Assembly (NCBI GenBank): GCA_027487075.1 | Contig: JAIYEG010000010.1 | Span: 111,270-175,269 of the forward strand | Source: a bacterium | Lineage (GTDB): Bacteria > Patescibacteriota > Minisyncoccia > Phycocordibacterales > CALRBL01 | Reading direction: 5' to 3' | DNA length: 64,000 nucleotides | Shown: positions 56,778-64,000 of the stretch, piece by piece | How the letters are laid out: every line of letters begins with the position of its first letter | Position numbering within the stretch: position 1 is the first letter of the stretch | Notes under the pieces: model-generated | What the model was told of the DNA's origin: nothing | The model's input: the letters and a program-made list of their open reading frames with translations, nothing else | Databases searched by the model: none | Made by a program: the position numbers and the translations under genes

Positions 56778-57164
56778 TTATGATGCGAGAATACCCACGA
56801 GAAGCTTATCGAGTACCACCTGCGTCTGTGGATTGGCGTGTCCTTCTTCGTTATTGAAAAGCGCACTTCCATCTTTGCCACATGCTTTCACGATTGCCTG
56901 ACCACCTGGGTGAATCGGGATGAATGGGGTGAGATTGTAGACCTTGCCGTTAATTGCTGACCAACAATCTGATGCCGTGTTGTGAGGAGCGATGTCTGCA
57001 AGCGTAAGCTTCGTTGAAAGAGCAGTCTCAGTTGCACGTACGGACATATCAGGAATCGCGGCGATCTTTGCCTGAATATTCTTGAGCATGTAATAGTAGA
57101 CACCTCCTCCGATGAGGGTGAGCACAAGAATAACGAGGGCAATAATTTTGATGGTTTTGTTCAT
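56778..57164 (-). CDS. Membrane-anchored cytochrome b5-like heme-binding domain protein
   Basis: 128 aa with an N-terminal TM helix and the b5 signature HPGG (PFIPIHPGGQAI). Confidence 0.55.
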   Translation of the reverse strand: MNKTIKIIALVILVLTLIGGGVYYYMLKNIQAKIAAIPDMSVRATETALSTKLTLADIAPHNTASDCWSAINGKVYNLTPFIPIHPGGQAIVKACGKDGSALFNNEEGHANPQTQVVLDKLLVGILAS

Positions 57165-57183
57165 GAATTGAGTATATCAAAAT

Positions 57184-57369
57184 AAAAGGGACAGGCACCT
57201 TTTTATAGAAGTAATTGAGCTGTAGAATGTTCTCGCCTGGAGAAAACATTGCGCAAGCACGACGGTGCGAGCATAAGAATTTTCTAGTAAGAAAATATCT
57301 GTGTTTTCGAAGGGCGTAGAAGATTGTACAACCAAGTTGCTTGGTGAAAAAAGGTGCCTGTCCCCTTTT
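57184..57369. repeat. Copy C of the TIR-flanked long-hairpin intergenic element, about 186 bp
   Basis: The TIRs are aaaagggacaggcaccttttt and aaaaaaggtgcctgtcccctttt, and the core is gcgagcataagaattttctagtaagaaaatatctgtgttttcgaag. The right TIR overlaps the prfB stop, and the left TIR ends 20 nt before the cyt-b5-like start. Confidence 0.6.
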
Positions 57370-58225
57370 ATTTGATAAACAAATCGAGATCTCCAGCGAG
57401 CACACTTTCGACATCACTCGTCTCTACTTCAGTACGATGATCCTTCACCATCTTGTAGGGATGAAGCACATACGAACGGATCTGGTTGCCCCATTCATTG
57501 TCACTCGTCTTTGAGACATACATTCCCTTTTCTTTTGCCAAACGCTCTTCTTCTTTGCGTACATAGAGCTTTGCCTTGAGGAGCGCGATCGCTTTTTCTT
57601 TGTTTTGTGCCTGACTGCGCTCACTCGTCACATGCACTGATATTTTTGTCGGGATATGAAGCATGCGCACCGCGGTCTCGCGCTTGTTCACGTTTTGTCC
57701 TCCAGGACCTCCGGCGCGTGCGATCGTCACTTCGATTTCATCATCTTTGAGTTCAATATCTGCCGAGGTATGTTCGAACTTCGGAATCACTTCCACCATA
57801 GCAAACGATGTCTGTCGCAAACCCTTCGCACCAAATGGCGAAATGCGCACCAAGCGATGGACACCTGATTCATTCTTCAAATCACCGTATACATTTTTTC
57901 CTGATACTTCAAAGGTCACATTACGGATACCATTGTGATCATTTTGATGTTCATGAATAAGCACACTTTTCCAACCCCGCTTTTCGATGTATCGCTGATA
58001 CATATCAAAGAGCATACGTGCCCAATCTTCGGCATCATCTCCTCCTGCACCAGCAAAGATAGTGACCACGGCATCACCGCGATCGTACTTTTTTTCGGGA
58101 TCACCATCGCGCTTGAGTGCATTGAGTTCTTGTACGAGCTCCTGCGCTTTATCTTTGTTTGCCCAGAATCCTGGATCAAGCATGGCGTCTTCGATTTCTT
58201 TGATGCGTTGTTCGTATGCTGACAT
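57368..58225 (-). CDS. prfB: Peptide chain release factor 2 without the programmed +1 frameshift leader
   Basis: It has the SPF tripeptide ([10 protein letters not shown]) and GGQ ([19 protein letters not shown]). It starts [21 protein letters not shown], which aligns to the region just after the frameshift site of E. coli and B. subtilis RF2. The ORF track's 58226-58294 extension is a TTG read-through of the tRNA-Thr gene. Confidence 0.85.
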   Translation of the reverse strand: MSAYEQRIKEIEDAMLDPGFWANKDKAQELVQELNALKRDGDPEKKYDRGDAVVTIFAGAGGDDAEDWARMLFDMYQRYIEKRGWKSVLIHEHQNDHNGIRNVTFEVSGKNVYGDLKNESGVHRLVRISPFGAKGLRQTSFAMVEVIPKFEHTSADIELKDDEIEVTIARAGGPGGQNVNKRETAVRMLHIPTKISVHVTSERSQAQNKEKAIALLKAKLYVRKEEERLAKEKGMYVSKTSDNEWGNQIRSYVLHPYKMVKDHRTEVETSDVESVLAGDLDLFIK

Positions 58226-58233
58226 GTATATTG

Positions 58234-58309
58234 TGGAGCCAAAGGGCGGGATCGAACCGCCGACCCTTCGCTTACGATGCGAATGCTCTACCAACTGAGC
58301 TACTTTGGC
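58234..58309 (-). tRNA. tRNA-Thr(CGU), CCA encoded
   Basis: GCCAAAG-TA-GCTC-AGTTGGTA-GAGC-A-TTCGC-ATCGTAA-GCGAA-GGGTC-GGCGG-TTCGATC-CCGCC-CTTTGGC-T-CCA. Confidence 0.85.
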
Positions 58310-58341
58310 ACAAGCCCGAAGGCTTGATATCTACGTATTGA

Positions 58342-59091
58342 CTACTGCTTTTTACTAAATCCTTCGAATGCTTTCAAGACTTCAAGAGGTGTAGCAAACA
58401 CTACCGTGTTTGATGCGTCTGAAGAAATGTCGTTTATCGACTGGAGCGTGCGAAGATGAAGCGCTCCCGGCACCGCAGATAGAATAGCAGCTGCTTCAGC
58501 AATCTTTTGTGATGCCGCAAGCTCTCCTTCTGAGTTGATAATGACGGCGCGCTTCTCACGTTCTGCTTCTGCCTGCTTTGCGATCGTGCGCTCCATATCT
58601 GGAGGAAGACTTACGTCTTTGAGCTCTACGTTTGCTACCTTGAGTCCCCACGCATCAGTTTCGTGATCAACAATTTCGCGAATACGATCAGCAATCTTGT
58701 CACGATTTGCAAGAAGCTCATCGAGGGTCACTTCTCCGACAATGTTACGCATGGTGGTCTGCGCATACTGCGATACTGCGTAGCGAAAATCTTCTACTTC
58801 GATGATCGCTTTATCTGCAGCTGAGACCTTGTAATAGATCACGGCATTTACACGCACGGACACGTTGTCACGCGTGATGGCATTCTGATCTGGCACATCC
58901 ACCGCCTTGGTGCGCATATCCACCTTCTGATACGACTGAATGATCGGAAGCACCAAGCGCCATCCTGGCTCCATGATGCTTGAGAATTTTCCGAAACTAA
59001 ACTTCACTCCACGCTCATACTGATTAATCTGACGAATACTGGTAAGAATAATAAAACCACCTGCAATAAGTAGCAAAATTAATAATGGCAT
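58342..59091 (-). CDS. SPFH/band-7 (stomatin/HflK-like) protein
   Basis: 249 aa with an N-terminal TM helix and an SPFH domain (...YERGVKFSFGKF...VNAVIYYKV...). Confidence 0.85.
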   Translation of the reverse strand: MPLLILLLIAGGFIILTSIRQINQYERGVKFSFGKFSSIMEPGWRLVLPIIQSYQKVDMRTKAVDVPDQNAITRDNVSVRVNAVIYYKVSAADKAIIEVEDFRYAVSQYAQTTMRNIVGEVTLDELLANRDKIADRIREIVDHETDAWGLKVANVELKDVSLPPDMERTIAKQAEAEREKRAVIINSEGELAASQKIAEAAAILSAVPGALHLRTLQSINDISSDASNTVVFATPLEVLKAFEGFSKKQ

Positions 59092-59130
59092 ACCGCGATA
59101 GTATCAAAATCTCCTCTATTTAGCCAGATA

Positions 59131-60339
59131 CTAGGTAATAGGTAAGGTGATATGCACATGTGTTCCTTTTCCCTCTTTTGATTCAAGAAAAATAGTGCCT
59201 TTATGCAATTCAATAATTCGTTTTGCAGTGTACGTCCCAATCCCGCTTCGATTTGGCTCAAGCTTTTCAGCCTCATGACCACGATATAAACGCTCAAAAA
59301 TAAGTGAGAGTTCAGCACTAGGTATGCCAATACCAGTATCTGCGACATCAATATGAATCTCTCGGTGGTGTAGCGACATTCGAATCTCCACATGTCCATC
59401 AGGGCTATACATGCATGCATTCTCAATAATATTACTTAATGCAAGCGTCAACATGCTCTTATTTGCTTTAGTGACCAGCGAATCGGGGGTCACCAGCGTC
59501 AATTGCACATGCTTTCGCTTGATTAACTCATCATGAGACTCAACAATGTGCTTTATAATATCAACTATATTCACTACTTCAGGAAGCACAATGGCATGAT
59601 TATCCAACTGAATCGAGCGAAGCAATTCATCAACGACTGATTGCGCGTGTTGCACCTGTATGAGACCTTTTTGAGCAACATCAAACACGTCTTTAGGTAA
59701 AGACTTATGTTCGAGTAATGTAGTAAATGCATATGAAGCATCGGTGAGCGGTGTATGGAGACGCTGAGATGCGATTGTCATAAAGTCACTCTTTATACGC
59801 TCAACTTCCATCAAACGATCAAAATTTGCATGAATCGCTTCTTTATCAATCACCAAGCGCGTAATTAAATACATGACTAACATTAAAATAAACGTGGTAA
59901 ATGCATGACGCACCACAAACTCAGGATGAACTGATGAGCTTTGCACAAAAAGCGACAAGAGAAAGATCACAATAACTACTGCTGTCACCACCACATCTCT
60001 CACCTTAAGATCTACTGCAGCAACCAGAATAGGAAATACAAAAAGATAGGTCACCACACTTGCAATCCCTCCAGAATTTATGACAAGCAACGAAAAGAAA
60101 AGTACCCATATATATCGATATATAGTAAATATAAGAGGATGACGATACGTCTTACGTATCAATAAAAAAATAACATTACAAATTCCAATATATGCAAATA
60201 ACCACAACACGATACGTGGTTCACCAAAAAAAGTAAAAAGCTCAGGACGAGTAACCAACGAAATTCCCGTCACGCAGACCGCCAATAGACCGATGGTCTC
60301 TATGGTTTTGTAATACCGTGTGAGCTTATGATTAGTCAT
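59131..60339 (-). CDS. Sensor histidine kinase (membrane, 5-6 TM)
   Basis: 402 aa with an HisKA-like region (MTIASQRLHTPLT) and HATPase_c motifs (NIIENACMYS, DTGIGIP, GIGTYTAKRIIELHKG). Confidence 0.75.
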   Translation of the reverse strand: MTNHKLTRYYKTIETIGLLAVCVTGISLVTRPELFTFFGEPRIVLWLFAYIGICNVIFLLIRKTYRHPLIFTIYRYIWVLFFSLLVINSGGIASVVTYLFVFPILVAAVDLKVRDVVVTAVVIVIFLLSLFVQSSSVHPEFVVRHAFTTFILMLVMYLITRLVIDKEAIHANFDRLMEVERIKSDFMTIASQRLHTPLTDASYAFTTLLEHKSLPKDVFDVAQKGLIQVQHAQSVVDELLRSIQLDNHAIVLPEVVNIVDIIKHIVESHDELIKRKHVQLTLVTPDSLVTKANKSMLTLALSNIIENACMYSPDGHVEIRMSLHHREIHIDVADTGIGIPSAELSLIFERLYRGHEAEKLEPNRSGIGTYTAKRIIELHKGTIFLESKEGKGTHVHITLPIT

Positions 60340-61255
60340 GTAAAGAAAACTTCATATCACGGACAAGCTGATCAAAGCTCAACATCTTGCGATGATCTCT
60401 TACTTCTTTTGCCATAGTGATTGCTTTATCAAAGTAATTTAACCGTTTTGTAAGTGCAGGCACCACTGCTTTGGGAAACGCTTCGACCTCTTTTTCAGCT
60501 AAAGCAGCGCGGCCTTCTGCAAAAGCGACTTGAGATTCTGCCCATGCCACCATGCGTCCTCTATAATATCCTTTAGTGAGCGTATCAATACGGTGACCAC
60601 GTTGTACTGCTTCACGGATATCTACGTTCTCTTCTCTAAACAGCTCATCTCCCGTTCGAATATACGACTCTGCCCCATCGAGCCCTGCTCCGCATATATC
60701 AGCAAGCGCAAGCGCCCTTGTCACCACTGATGATTCCGGTGTTAGGTGCGGCTGAACCACGGTCATATGTTCAAGATTAAAATCAGGAATCGTTGCCACA
60801 ATTGCCTCTTCTACCACACGCATATCTTCAGGAGAAAAAATCTCTTCACCCGCTTCTTCATTGCATGCTTCCATATATGCAATCGCTTCACGTGCACTTG
60901 CACGCTCATTGTCACCCCGCATTTTCTGGGCAATCTTTTTTATAAACGGCTTTGGATGATCTGCGATAATCTCTTTCTTTTCTACAACGTTGAACTGTTG
61001 TTCGGTGTCGTGACGCGCTGCTGCAAACCTCCCCAAAGAAACATCATGTGCTGTAGCAACTCCCGCTTCAACACATACGTCAAGAATGCTTTGTACACGA
61101 CGCATTACATCTTCAGTATGAGCCACATGATGATACGGCAATTCCTTTTCATTCAAACGTGAGCGGATAAGCTCACGTGCTTCTTGAATTCCCCTCTCTA
61201 TCGCGGCTTCGAATTGTGGTTCTTGTTCGTGAGTGTGAGGTCGTTCTGGTTTCAT
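60332..61255 (-). CDS. HD-domain phosphohydrolase-like protein
   Basis: 307 aa containing YHHVAHTEDV...ARHDTEQ (H...HD). Confidence 0.55.
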   Translation of the reverse strand: MKPERPHTHEQEPQFEAAIERGIQEARELIRSRLNEKELPYHHVAHTEDVMRRVQSILDVCVEAGVATAHDVSLGRFAAARHDTEQQFNVVEKKEIIADHPKPFIKKIAQKMRGDNERASAREAIAYMEACNEEAGEEIFSPEDMRVVEEAIVATIPDFNLEHMTVVQPHLTPESSVVTRALALADICGAGLDGAESYIRTGDELFREENVDIREAVQRGHRIDTLTKGYYRGRMVAWAESQVAFAEGRAALAEKEVEAFPKAVVPALTKRLNYFDKAITMAKEVRDHRKMLSFDQLVRDMKFSLHD

Positions 61256-61270
61256 ATCAGTATGATATGT

Positions 61271-61909
61271 CTACTTCGTCTGCTTGTAAAACCACGCGCC
61301 TCCAGCAAGTGTGGCAATGGTACCCACGATCACCATAGCAGATATTGCGAGAGGTGAAGGATCAAAGGTAAAGAATACTCCTGCAGACACAAGTACCACC
61401 GTAAGGGGAAGACCGACAATCACGTGAACAAGAATAAACTGTAGATATGACATTTTAGTAAGACCCGCTGCATAACACACCACCTCAGGCATCGGACTAA
61501 AGCATACACGCGCAAAAATATATCCTCTGAGTGATCCGAGCTTCGTAAGAATTTTTTGCATAAGCACATTTTCTTCTTTGATGAAGCGCGACGCAATGCG
61601 TATACCATAATGACGTGAGATATAAAACGCGATGGTGCCTCCAAGTGCATCGCCGATCATAAGCACCGTTAGACCTTGCCAAAATCCAAACACGGCACCG
61701 GCAACAGGATACAACGCTGCTCCTGACAAAGGTGCAAAGACGATCGTCGCTGCTTTTGAAAGCACGAACATAAGTGGAGCGAGCACCCCAAAACGTGCCA
61801 CAAAACTTTGCACGTCCGCCAAGTCAAAATAGGTAAAAGCGATATAAATGAGCGCGAAGACAATCGCGAGTGAGACCACATTCTCAATAACGTCTTTGTA
61901 CTTTTTCAC
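61271..61909 (-). CDS. DedA/TVP38/TMEM64 (VTT-domain) membrane protein
   Basis: The ORF 61271..61963 starts inside the tRNA 3' exon. A GTG at 61909, 3 nt after the tRNA end, or a downstream start is more likely. The VTT domain has the motif FVLSKAATIVFAPLSG. Confidence 0.6.
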   Translation of the reverse strand: MKKYKDVIENVVSLAIVFALIYIAFTYFDLADVQSFVARFGVLAPLMFVLSKAATIVFAPLSGAALYPVAGAVFGFWQGLTVLMIGDALGGTIAFYISRHYGIRIASRFIKEENVLMQKILTKLGSLRGYIFARVCFSPMPEVVCYAAGLTKMSYLQFILVHVIVGLPLTVVLVSAGVFFTFDPSPLAISAMVIVGTIATLAGGAWFYKQTK

Positions 61910-61911
61910 TG

Positions 61912-62178
61912 AGCCGTTGATCGGGATTGAACCGATGACCTTTTCCTTCGTTGATACCTCCACTTCGCAGTGCTTATAGGAGGACTAGACTGTATCTTAC
62001 GCATACTCTTATGAGTGAAGCGCCCCTTGTCAGTCGTTCGGGCTCATAGATAATCTATCGCCACGGTCTTACCCACGTGTGTGGACTTTAACCGTTATTC
62101 GGGCTTCATTCTGCAGTTTCCCGCAGAGAGGGCTATGCAATAACCATGGAAATGCTCTACCAACTGAGCTACAACGGC
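61912..62178 (-). tRNA. tRNA-Thr(GGU) interrupted in the anticodon loop by a 194-nt group I intron
   Basis: The 5' exon is GCCGTTG-TA-GCTC-AGTTGGTA-GAGC-A-TTTCC-ATGGT (62178..62143). The 3' exon is AA-GGAAA-AGGTC-ATCGG-TTCAATC-CCGAT-CAACGGC-T (61948..61912). Joined, they give a canonical 73-nt cloverleaf with the anticodon loop ATGGTAA. Confidence 0.75.
61949..62142 (-). mobile_element. Group I self-splicing intron within the tRNA-Thr anticodon loop, between positions 36 and 37
   Basis: Core elements are present: P-like TGCGGGAAA, Q-like CTGCAG, R-like CGAACGACTGACAAGG, and S-like AAGATACAGTCTAGTCC with P7 GACTG/CAGTC. The 5' exon ends in U, which can pair with the G of an internal guide GCC 10 nt into the intron. 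The intron ends in G (omega-G). Confidence 0.7.
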
Positions 62179-62210
62179 TTGTAACGTGCCAACGCATAGT
62201 ACCCGATTTA

Positions 62211-62798
62211 TTAAATATTTTCAATAACCTTACTAATAGAGGTTTTAAGCTTCATATTATTGAAATACACCGTCAAAACCCCATGTTCAGATTTTCTACC
62301 ATAACTACCCTTTCCTCTTATCTGACTCACCACAATTGATGGATAAAAGTAGTCTAAACTAAAACCCAATTCCTTAGACCAAAATTGAAGAGCGACATTT
62401 GGATCAATATCGTTAAATATTTGTAAACCAAACCTCAACTTAGTGGCATCAATTTTATAAGTGTGTATTAAAAATTTTATGAACATTTTTATCAAACTCG
62501 GATCAGTATTTCCCAACCTTACTGAATACTTATTCCTTTTATTACCCTCACCCCAAAATAATCCAATACCTAAACCAAATAAAAAATCATCATAATTACT
62601 AATGTTTTGCGGAAGAGTAAATGGATCACCTTTTATATTGTTTTTAATATAAATTGATTCTGAAATTGATCTTTTCTCAATATTAAATTTTTTCAACCAG
62701 TAATTTACTTTTGAAACTGTGTAATTTACATCAAGCGCGATTTCAGCAGCTGATTTTTTATTACTTACATATTCTCTATACAAGTATTCTTTATCCAC
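62211..62798 (-). CDS. Free-standing putative LAGLIDADG-like homing endonuclease, AT-rich, immediately upstream of the intron-containing tRNA
   Basis: 195 aa. Residues 1-45 are helix-turn-helix-like. The motif DFLFGLGIGLFWGEGNK fits a degenerate LAGLIDADG (GIGLFWGEG), followed by a basic beta-saddle-like region. GC is about 30 percent. Confidence 0.45.
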   Translation of the reverse strand: MDKEYLYREYVSNKKSAAEIALDVNYTVSKVNYWLKKFNIEKRSISESIYIKNNIKGDPFTLPQNISNYDDFLFGLGIGLFWGEGNKRNKYSVRLGNTDPSLIKMFIKFLIHTYKIDATKLRFGLQIFNDIDPNVALQFWSKELGFSLDYFYPSIVVSQIRGKGSYGRKSEHGVLTVYFNNMKLKTSISKVIENI

Positions 62799-62838
62799 TC
62801 ATTTATTATGAGTTCTCAAGATAAAGAAAACATAAAGA

Positions 62839-63462
62839 CTAATCCTTCACCGCCTCAACCAATGCCTTATGAATGATATTGGTACTTGCAGGAACGAGAT
62901 TGAAGAGGATTCCTGCAGCAAACAGCACGATAGAAATCACCGGACTAATAAACGAAAGCACCACTCCGAAGAGCGCTGTCACCACCGGAAAAAGAATACG
63001 CACATACCCACTCACTTTTTCGTCAAGATGAAATTGCTCGGTCTCTATCTTAGGATGTTCTTCGATATAGCGACGCATAAAGAAGAGGGTCATACCGATG
63101 AGAATAACGTTTGTACCATAGATAATGATGGCGGCTTGATTATAGACATGCTCACCAAGAAGACCCGCAGTGAATGGCACGAGTACAATGAGGAAGAAAA
63201 AGAGTGCATTCCAGTTTGCAAGACCGACGTTCAACGTCTTTGCATAGACTGACACCAAAAAGTGATGAGCGCGCCAGTACGTAAAGAGAAGTGCAAATGA
63301 AAGGGTGAGGCTCACGAAGACATGTGACATGTTGACAACCGCAATCCAGATGTCAGTAGGATCCACAATATTGCCATGAGGCACCTTGAGCTCAAAAGCA
63401 AGGATAGTCATAACGATGGCAAAGATTCCGTCGGCGAGGCCGTTCAAGCGCTGTTGTTGCAT
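62839..63462 (-). CDS. TMEM175/DUF1211 family potassium-channel-like membrane protein
   Basis: 207 aa with RLNGLADGIFAIVMTILAFEL, the RxxxFSD-like signature helix, and 6 TM helices. Confidence 0.7.
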   Translation of the reverse strand: MQQQRLNGLADGIFAIVMTILAFELKVPHGNIVDPTDIWIAVVNMSHVFVSLTLSFALLFTYWRAHHFLVSVYAKTLNVGLANWNALFFFLIVLVPFTAGLLGEHVYNQAAIIIYGTNVILIGMTLFFMRRYIEEHPKIETEQFHLDEKVSGYVRILFPVVTALFGVVLSFISPVISIVLFAAGILFNLVPASTNIIHKALVEAVKD

Positions 63463-63487
63463 ACCGTTTTTAGTATATCATAAGCAC

Positions 63488-64000
63488 ATGACCGATATCA
63501 CCGTTTTCAACACACCGTCACGCGCTAAAAAAGTATTTGCTCCACTCAAAGAGGGCGAGGTGCGCATCTATCACTGTGGACCAACGGTGTATCACTTCCA
63601 ACACATCGGCAACATGCGACGCTTTATTTTTGCCGACCTTGTACACCGACTATTTCTTGCACATCACTACAACGTACAGCAGATCATCAACATCACCGAT
63701 GTAGGCCACCTCGTATCGGATCAGAATGACGGCGAAGACAAAATGGAAAAAGGAGCAAAGCGCGAGGGCAAAACCGCACAAGAAATTGCGGCGATGTACA
63801 CCGCTGATTTCATGGAAGATTTGAAGCTCCTCAAGATCAGCACCGAGGACACCCGCTTCCCGAAAGCCACCGAGCACATCCCTGAGCAGATTGCGATGAT
63901 TCAATCACTCGAAGAAAAGGGGTTCACTTATCAAATTACGGATGGTATCTACTTCGACACCTCAAAAGACGAGCACTACCCCGACTTCGCACATCTTGAT
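63488..64000 (+). CDS. cysS: Cysteinyl-tRNA synthetase, N-terminal part; the gene runs off the window end
   Basis: The ATG at 63488 opens a frame to the window end. HCGPTVYHFQHIGNMR is the HIGH motif, and the class I Rossmann fold is recognisable. It is absent from the ORF track because there is no stop in the window. Confidence 0.9.
   Translation, partial: MTDITVFNTPSRAKKVFAPLKEGEVRIYHCGPTVYHFQHIGNMRRFIFADLVHRLFLAHHYNVQQIINITDVGHLVSDQNDGEDKMEKGAKREGKTAQEIAAMYTADFMEDLKLLKISTEDTRFPKATEHIPEQIAMIQSLEEKGFTYQITDGIYFDTSKDEHYPDFAHLD

Noticed and set aside
58226-58294. N-terminal extension of the prfB ORF ([23 protein letters not shown])
   Set aside because: It starts with TTG inside tRNA-Thr(CGU) and is a translation of the tRNA gene. 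The conserved RF2 sequence starts at the ATG at 58225.
61910-61963. N-terminal extension of the DedA-like ORF (MEVSTKEKVIGSIPINGS)
   Set aside because: It overlaps the tRNA 3' exon and the intron end. GSIPI is T-arm derived.
63650-63904. 84-aa minus-strand ORF
   Set aside because: It is antisense to the well-conserved cysS N-terminal domain.
1-64000. CRISPR arrays, rRNA genes, transposase/integrase genes
   Set aside because: No regularly spaced direct repeats, no rRNA-like conserved stretches and no recombinase motifs were seen on either strand.

Overview
This window is gene-dense, almost all on the minus strand, with short intergenic spacers. The content resembles a reduced-genome, CPR/Patescibacteria-like bacterium, but that attribution is inference only. 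The core is housekeeping: translation (rpsB-tsf, prfA, rpmE, rplY, gatB, obg, prfB, cysS), secretion and division (secA, ftsEX, lepB), envelope and stress (htpX-lemA, uppP), a glycolysis/pentose-phosphate cluster (fba, PfkB kinase, split transketolase, rpe, rpiB, gap) and class I ribonucleotide reductase (nrdAB).

The most striking feature is a tRNA-Thr(GGU) gene whose anticodon loop is interrupted by a 194-nt insert carrying group I intron core elements. An AT-rich free-standing gene with a LAGLIDADG-like motif lies immediately upstream of it.

Other non-ordinary features:
- Three AT-rich or GC-rich patches look foreign: a KAP-family P-loop NTPase island abutting tRNA-Gln, and a GC-rich leuA / hypothetical / 2OG-oxygenase block whose outer two genes end in the same terminator module.
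- A family of long-hairpin intergenic elements with 21-bp terminal inverted repeats occurs at four or five loci, always wedged between co-directional genes.
- Two giant secreted proteins are present. One of about 1780 aa combines a tailspike-like pectate-lyase beta-helix, an SGNH hydrolase, tail-fibre-like Gly repeats and an S74 chaperone domain. The other, 1266 aa, has GLUG repeats and two peptidoglycan-binding domains.
- The prfB gene lacks the usual +1 frameshift leader and starts 9 nt after a tRNA-Thr.
- A 24-bp duplication of the tRNA-Ser 3' end and a degenerate tRNA-like element are also present.

Six tRNA genes are called (Ser-GGA, Thr-UGU, Gln-CUG, Thr-CGU, Thr-GGU and a doubtful CAU-like one). 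No CRISPR array or rRNA was found. Coordinates derived by hand may be off by 1-2 nt.
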